From: the human T2T-CHM13v2.0 reference genome, Homo sapiens
Reading direction: 5' to 3' (one strand)
DNA: 64,000 bases
Assembly (NCBI RefSeq): GCF_009914755.1
Contig: NC_060932.1
Positions 54,976 to 64,000 of the stretch are shown piece after piece (the first letter of the stretch is position 1; every line of letters begins with the position of its first letter). A model generated the notes under the pieces. It was not told the DNA's origin. It did not search any database and was given only the letters and a program-made list of their open reading frames with translations. Both the position numbers and the translations under genes were made by a program.

Positions 54976-57151
54976 TATTGTAACTGGTTGATTTATTATA
55001 CCCTGATTATACTTCCTTTCCATATTTCTCAACAGAATCCTAACTCATCTCTGAACACTAAAGCACTTCAGGTATGGCAACAGTTCCATCATTTTTATGG
55101 AGACCTTTTTCAGAGACTGCTCTCCTTGCTCTCTGCTAGACTCATGCTCAAGCCTGACTGACCACAGCTCTCATTCTTAGACTTTACCTCTCTTCTTTCT
55201 TGGATTCTCTATTTACCAAATCATCTTTTTTCTTCATTTACTCCCTTTTTTTTTTAGCAACACACATTCACCAGGTTCTTGAAGAAAGGAGAAAGGGAGA
55301 TTTTTTTTAAACCTTACATATATGAATTTGTTTTGTTGTGCCTTCATGTTTGACAGTTTAGTAGCATTTGCTAGCATAGTTTTAAAGCCATTTGAAGAAA
55401 TTTTTACATCATCTTCTAGATTTGAGTGATGTTTCTGAGAAGTCCAATGCCATTACGTCTCCTGATGCTTTTTATGTTATTTGATTTATTTCTTTTCTGG
55501 AAGTCTTCTGGATTTTTTTTCTTTTTCTTTTCTTTCTGAAATTGTGTTTTGATGTGACTGAGGTCATTTATTATGCTGGAACCTTAGTAAACCCTGTTAA
55601 TCTGGAAAATAATATTGTTGGCTTTTAAAAATTGTTTCTGAATTATTGTACCACAGATTTAGTTCCCGGGACAGTGGACTGTGACACAGAGATTAAAATG
55701 CAGAAGGCATGGATCTCCTGGATTGATACTTGAATTTTTTTTGTATATATTTGTAGGTCTGAAGGACTAGTGGGCTTCATTGTAGGAAACTGTGTGAGGA
55801 CCCAACTGCTTCATTGAGGGACCATCAGTGGTCAGTATTTATGTCTTTGTTGGGTGCTGTTGAGTTTTTCCAGAAAAGACTATTCTAACCACTTACTTGA
55901 GCATATTGGTTTAACAAAGGGTGTTCTTGCAATGGAGTGAAATTAAGAAGGTTGAGGCATTGGATTAAACAGTAACTTTCCAGAATGGTACCTCTCCCCC
56001 ACTTTTCCTCTGTGCCAGGTGTGCTCAAATCTGGATGCTCTTGAATTCAATTTCCATGAAATGAACTGCTGGGAAGAAGCCAATATGTAAACACTTCCCT
56101 CAAGGACTTTCAGTTTTCTGTTTGTGCCACACCTGGCCTTCCTTGGTTTCTAGTATCAAAATGTATGAGCCTTTCCAAGTTCTTGCTGCACGATGCAGGT
56201 TGCTTCTCCTTGTATCACCCACGTTCCAATAGTTTGTGGATAACTCTGTTCCCTGATAGCTTCCTTTCTTTCTCTTTGTGCTTATGGGTTCAACTTTACT
56301 CTAATTTGAATGCAATTTCTGGAACCAGCACAGAAAAAATTGCTTATGTAGTCACTTCTCCATGCTTATCCAGAAGTTCTTTCCATTTGAAACATAAAAT
56401 CTTAAGGAGGTCAGAGAAGAAAAGGATTATTTTTGGCTTAAGGGTATGTGTAGGTCAAGGCAGCTTTATACAATAATAAAGATATTTCCTTTCAGAGTGT
56501 ATAAAAGACTGGGCATATGGTTTGAAAATTATCAATATAGTCTGTTTAATGGGTAACAGTACTGAAAGTGTTGTTTAATTTCTTCTGGCAAGACTGATTA
56601 TTGATTTTTTTTGATACTGTCTGGAAAAGGCTATTTTTGTGCTGTTGATTCTTACTGAATTTAAAAAAAGAAAATATATGATGACCAGGGTTAGATTAGG
56701 CTTTCTTTTCTTCTCTATTTTCTCTGTCCCAAGCAGAATTAAAGTATTGAGGGGGAAAGGTGCTTAACAAACAGTACTTGTTCTTGCCATTGATGCTATC
56801 ATTAATCTAATAGGGCTGCTCGAAGTTCTGTGGCTGTTCCATTTAGTAATGTCAAAATAACCTTGTTAAAGAAAAATGCTTAACTTGACCTTTAAAACCC
56901 TTGTCCTTTTCTTTCTTATTTATTATTATGTATGTCTTTTAAGATAAAGTAAATAAAAGTTTTCTTTAAAAAAAACTCTATTTATTTACTCATTCGGTTT
57001 TTTAGAGAAACTCTTCAAGGTATTGACTTCACCAGTATGAGATGTCAGGAAATGCAATTGTCGTGTATCTATAATTACACATTATTAAGTAAATTGAAAA
57101 TATTATTTGGTGGGGGAGGTAACACTTTGGTTGTCTTCAAAATGCTTTTGA

Positions 57152-57478
<327 letters not shown>

Positions 57479-58194
57479 GAATCTGGCATTTTAATAATTA
57501 TAAATGTGGCCTAATTATTTATTTTCAGCATTTATACAAAGTACCAACATTATGACCTCTTGCCTACTGATTGACAGATATTTCTTGAAAACTCAAGAAA
57601 ATGACAGATGAGAAGACAAAGGTACAACTTGGCTTCTATCCCCCAACATTCAATTGGATACGGCCCCTTCAAAAATCAATGGTGGCTTCCTAATTGACAA
57701 ATCTGAAAGCATTTCCTTAGCTTTAATTCTCCATGGAATCTATGTTAGTAAGTGACTGAGAGAGCTCTTCCTTGGAAGTTTCATTGCACCAGTTTATCCT
57801 GGATCCCTGTTAGCCATTTAACTATTCTTTGTGTGTGTTTGTGTGTGTGTGTTCTGCTTGATTATCACAGTGTTTCCTTGACATATGCACACCTAACATG
57901 GGTCTCCTCATCTTTTTCCTCCTTTAAACCAAATCTCTTGGCATTTTCTTGTTGGTGTGCATTTGTCATGTAGGCTTGACACCTCATTCATCTTTGACTT
58001 GTCTTCATCTCCTTCCATTTTAAGCATGGTACTGTTGACTTCTCCCTCATGTTTTTCTTATATCCAAGTCTTTCCATTGTATTATCACTGCTATTTTCCT
58101 TCATTCCTTCATTCTTTTCTTCCCTAAACATTTATTCAGCATCTTTTATTCTAGGTCTTGTGCAATAAATAAACTACCCAAACAACTAACCAAC

Positions 58195-58618
58195 TGTTGC
58201 AGAAGTTTGCTCCTTAGTTCAGCTAAAACTGGGTTCTTGTCACATGAGGAGGAAAGATTAGGCAAGTGGATACATTGAAGGGTGAGGAGAGCAGAATTTA
58301 TCGGGTGTAAAGGAAAAAAGAAAGAAAAACAATCAGCAAAGCGAGAGGGAGTCCTGCTATCAGGCCCCCACCTCACAAATTGAATACTAAGCCATCGCAC
58401 AGGAACTGAAAATGCCAGGCTCCTCCCTCCTGCACAAGGTGTAAGCTTCCCCTGGTTTCACCCCATTCTCCCAGTGCCCAGGTGGGCCCCCAGTCCATTG
58501 TGAACATGTGCAGACAAGACCCTGGGCAGGTTCCCTCCTCTGCATAAAAGCCTCTGATGTGGGGTGGGTCGAAGATTCTTCAGGGGTCCTCCCTCTTACC
58601 TGCCTCCTGCATCTATCA
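58195..58618 (-). mobile_element. ERV1 MER4-group solo LTR (MER83-like)
   Basis: TG...CA termini; minus strand begins TGATAGATGCAGGAGGCAG and ends AGCTGAACTAAGGAGCAAACTTCTGCAACA; 4-bp TSD CAAC/CAAT. Confidence 0.75.
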
Positions 58619-59989
58619 CAATCTATCAATTACTCAGTCAATGAATACTTAACAAGTGCCCCGCTCTAGGGGCCCATCATTGAACTGAAGAAATAGTCAA
58701 ATAATTAATTTATATCATAAATCATCAATAACTCAAATTATATGTAGAGAAATCTCTGTGTGATTTTAAGAAGATTCTGAGGTTGAATGGCCTCTGCCAT
58801 CTGGGGTCAGTTTACCTCCTCACCTTGCCCCCTACTCTTCTGCATAAACCATCCATTATAGACAGGTAGAAATATTAAAACCCGTTTAGCACATCTTATG
58901 TCTTGAGTTTCCCACATCTGAGCTTTGCATCTGTGGCGACTTATTTGCCTGAGAAACCATTTTTCTCCTGTCTGCTAATTTGAATAGTATGAGGACGGCC
59001 TCTTCCTCCAAGGAGCCTCTTCAGATTGCCCCAGGGCTCAATGGTTTCCTTTTATTTTGAATTTTCTAACTTACCTATGGATCGCACACCTGGCTTCTGT
59101 GAATAATTGGGGTTTTAGTCTAAATAATTCCTCTGCAAGGAAGCTTCCCTTGACTAATCTATCTAGGACAAGTTGTCTCCCAACCTATTTGCTACCACGT
59201 TATCCTGTTTCAACCACAGCACCTGCTACACTCTAACACTTCCATGTTCACAGTTATCTCTCCAGTTCACCTCCCTGCTGGAGAATGTCACCTCTAAGAG
59301 GAAGGGGAAATTGTGTTAGTGATGTTGTCTGCATATGTAGTAAAAATTGATACTCAGTACATATTTACTGAAAAAAGTAAATGAACAATAACACTTAGTG
59401 GCTGTATCTCCTTAGGCACCATTTTTATCACTTTGTGTACACTTACTAATTTAATATTCACAAAAACCCTATGATGTATATTGTACTATGAACATCATTT
59501 ACAGCTGTGATAACTAAATTGCACAGCCACAGTCATCCAAACCCAAAGAAACCCAATGAGAAGCCTGACTCCAGAGCACAGAAGCTGCATTTATTTTAAG
59601 TTATCTTTTACCCAAAGCCTCAGATAAGTCTTAAAATATTGACATATACTCTCTCTTAACTCTAGAGTAAGTTGTCTGAAGATAGGAAACTGAGTCTTAT
59701 AATTATTTTTTGTCTCCTATGGTGTTTAGAATAGTCTTGGAAATGGACAAGATTTAACAGTAAGTGTGATGTCACAAATTTAACCTAGCAACACCCCACA
59801 GAGCTATCCAAATGGGATATAACTACATTAAGAAAAGGAAAAAAATTTTCAAATCTTAGAGATAGGAAAGAAATGGAAAGAGACACTATGTTTTCTCCTA
59901 ATGAGGCCTTTCCCCTCTTTCCAAATATACAGGCATCCTCAGGAATTAAAACAAGGAAACATTAATGTTTTACATCTTTTATAAAACAT

Positions 59990-62155
59990 GAATTTATATG
60001 TCATTAACCTTGAAGTACTGATGTCGTGGGAAGTGGGGAGTAACTGATGGTTTATGTCAGTGTTATGACATCTTTTCCAGGAATATCATAAGATCAGTTT
60101 TCTTAAATAATTTAGATGTTTCCGTTTACATCTCCAACCAGGAAAAACTGTAACTCTGATGAACGATTTTCTTTACCAGACCAGACACTTCATTTCCTGC
60201 CATGAAAAATTTGAATTAGCATCCAAACTGTCCCTAGAGGCAAAAAATACATATAGTAAGGCACCAAATCAATGCCATTTTGAAATGTGATTGTAACATG
60301 TTAGAAAAATATCTTGTATTAATTTTTGCAGTTTGGCCTGATATTACTATTAAAACTTTCCTCATTTGAAAAAAATCAAATCAATATTTCAGGATCTGTG
60401 AAATTGAAGTTTAAAATAAATAAAGCAATTCGACTGAAGATCAGTTGATGTACTCAAAAACAACAAAACAAATTTTGACAGTAATTTTGGGATCAAATTT
60501 GTTAATGTTATTATGAACTTACAAGCAGCATGAGTCAAAGGACAGCATTTGTTTCTGTGAATTTCACCTGTGCAATCATACCGTCTCTGCAAAGTCACTC
60601 TAGCATTCAACATCAGTTGATGTTTCAAATGGGACCATGAAAAGTCCAAGCCGTGGCTGGTGTGTAATAGAACAGGCTAAGAAAACGTCGTTCAGGATCA
60701 ACACTGCATCTATCACCATCTTCCATCTTTCTCTACTTCACCAGCCTCTCCATTTTTACTTGTATAATGCTTTATTGGTAGCCCAGTTTGTTCCATCAAA
60801 ACCCCTAACTCATGCTACAAACACTTCCTGCCATAGTATCCACTCCTTTTTTTTTTGCTATCCGTACTCACGAAGCCCATATCAGTAAAATGCTGTTCTA
60901 TAACTGTCATTTCTGTCCTACAACAAATCTCACTGCAGCAGACTGTTCTGTGGCTGCAGATGCTATTAATGTTTTCCCTGCTATGTCAATTGATTTCAAG
61001 GCTGCATCCCTATCAAGCCATGTGCGTGCTCTTTCAAATGGTACGTAAGCCAGACTGAAGGGAAGGATATAGAAGTGTCGGACAGTCTCACATCATCTCC
61101 ACACAACTTGTCATTGCTGGATAAATTCTTCCCATGTGGATCTTTTGGTAACCATTTTCCCAGCTTGCTAGTTAGCCTTCCTCTTTCCCCTTATGTGAAA
61201 GTTTTCAACTGACCTGAGGAAACCATCTGGCTGTCTTGCAGCCGCTAGGGGTGTCATGTTCATTTTCAAAATAAAAAGTAAAATAGGAAAGTAGGCACTT
61301 TCTCTCTTTTAATTCTGAAGATTGCTCATCATCGATATACTGATAGATTCCCCTGAAACTTTTAAACTTTAATTTAAGGAAATCTGCTCATGGTTTTTCA
61401 TCATTGGTTGTCAATTCTCTTGACTGCTTACCCCCTACCCATCATGCCAACATGTCCTTTGCTTTCATGTCGAGTACAAAACACATGCCATTGCTTGAGT
61501 GCCCACAGAGGTTGGCTGTGTAACAGTGATTACAGACATGCTATGAGAATGGACATTACTCAAAGAGAGTGAGCTAAGTAAGAAGAAAATAAGGAGAATA
61601 CCAGCATGTATGGGGCGGGCCAAAGGTGACCATGTGCAGTGCATTGTGGCATCCAGACTGCTCTGATTTGCTGAAATAGGGTCATCTGTTCTTTTGATAT
61701 TTTGTGCTTGCTCCTGTTCTGCAGCTTTTTTTTTTTTTAATTATTATACTTTAAGTTCTAGGGTACGTGTGCACAACATGCAGGTTTGTTACATATGTAT
61801 CCATGTGCCATGTTGGTGTGCCGCACCCATTAACTCGTCACTTACATTAGGTATATCTCCTAATGCTATCCCTCCCCCTCCCCCTACCCCACGACAGGCC
61901 CCGGTGTGTGATGTTCCCCTTCCTGTGTCCAAGTGTTCTCATTGTTCAATTCCCATCTATGAGTGAGAACATGCAGTGTTTGGTTTTCTGTCCTTACGAT
62001 AGTTTGCTGAGAATGATGGTTTCCAGCTTCATCCATGTCCCTACAAAGGACATGAACTCATCCTTTTTTATGGCTGCATAGTATTCCATGGTGTATATGT
62101 GCCACATTTTCTTGCAGCTTTTCAATACTGACTTTTCCCCATTGGCCCAGGCTTG
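59990..62155 (-). mobile_element. hAT-Tip100 (Arthur1-like) DNA transposon remnant with decayed transposase, split by an L1PA 3' end
   Basis: Minus strand starts CAAGCCTGGGCCAATGGGGAAAAGTCAG..TTGAAAAGCTGC and continues AGAACAGGAGCAAGCACAAAATATC across the L1; manual translation gives hAT-like blocks (TEQSAAVRFV, VRGFDGTN, WQEMKCLV); left boundary approximate. Confidence 0.65.
61730..62112 (-). mobile_element. Young 5'-truncated L1PA (L1PA4/5-like) 3' end
   Basis: TTATTATACTTTAAGTTCTAGGGTAC...GCCACATTTTCT; poly-T; TSD TGCAGCTTTT at 61720-61729 and 62113-62122. Confidence 0.93.
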
Positions 62156-62685
62156 TGGTTTGTGTGACATTCAAGGAGGTAGAGAATGACTCTGACTGTG
62201 TTCTTCCAATAGGAATGCAGTTGTTTCCATGGAGGATTCAAATAAACTCTACTTGGGACTTTGTATACCCTAGAACACACCCAACTGTTTCACCTCAAAA
62301 GATCTTGTTTCCTTTAAGATAATGTGAAAATCACACAACCTCTACATGAGGGGCTTTGAAACCTGGCCCCAAAGTACATTGTGACATTTGCTATTTGCTC
62401 TTTCAATGCCCATCTACTCCTATAACTTTGCTTTGGTCATTCCTTGTCCTAGACATACCATGTTCTTTGACACCTCTAAGTCTGAATTTGTGCTGTTTCC
62501 CTACTTTAAATAGCATTCATACTAGTTATGATGAGCTATTTATTCATTTGTTTTTCTACCACAAATCTTGCATTGTACTTTGAATAGACCTAATGATCAC
62601 ACGCTGCATTGAATTTCACACATTTCTCCTCTACTAGCCTGGGGGCCCCTCTAAGTCAAGAACAATCTGTGTCCACATCTAAGTA

Positions 62686-64000
<1,315 letters not shown>

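Noticed and set aside
61238-61257. CTCF-like GCCGCTAGGGGTGTC
   Set aside because: Mismatches at key core positions relative to CCASYAGRKGGCRS.

Overview
AT-rich, CpG-depleted primate (human-like) non-coding DNA: intergenic or deep intronic. I found no protein-coding exon, CpG island, tRNA/rRNA gene or prokaryote-type system. The longer ORFs in the track are decayed transposable-element frames (LINE-1 ORF1/ORF2, MaLR internal, Alu read-throughs); the rest look like chance ORFs. Roughly half the window is interspersed repeats: a full-length L1PB-type LINE-1 (36.1-42.7 kb), an old L1M 5' portion, several L1 fragments, a complete THE1 MaLR provirus (17.5-19.8 kb), solo LTRs (THE1, MLT1, MLT2, MER57, MER83-like), about 13 Alu/FLAM copies, MIR/L2 fossils and DNA transposons (MER63, MER2, MER5A, Tigger3-like, and an hAT/Arthur1-like element with a transposase remnant). 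The most unusual structure is the L1PB insertion: its 15-bp target-site duplication encloses about 51 bp of non-L1 sequence at the 5' end and about 82 bp of non-L1 sequence plus a second A-tail at the 3' end, suggesting both a 5' and a 3' transduction. Subfamily names come from recalled consensus sequences and need RepeatMasker/Dfam confirmation. I do not see evidence for a novel biological system.
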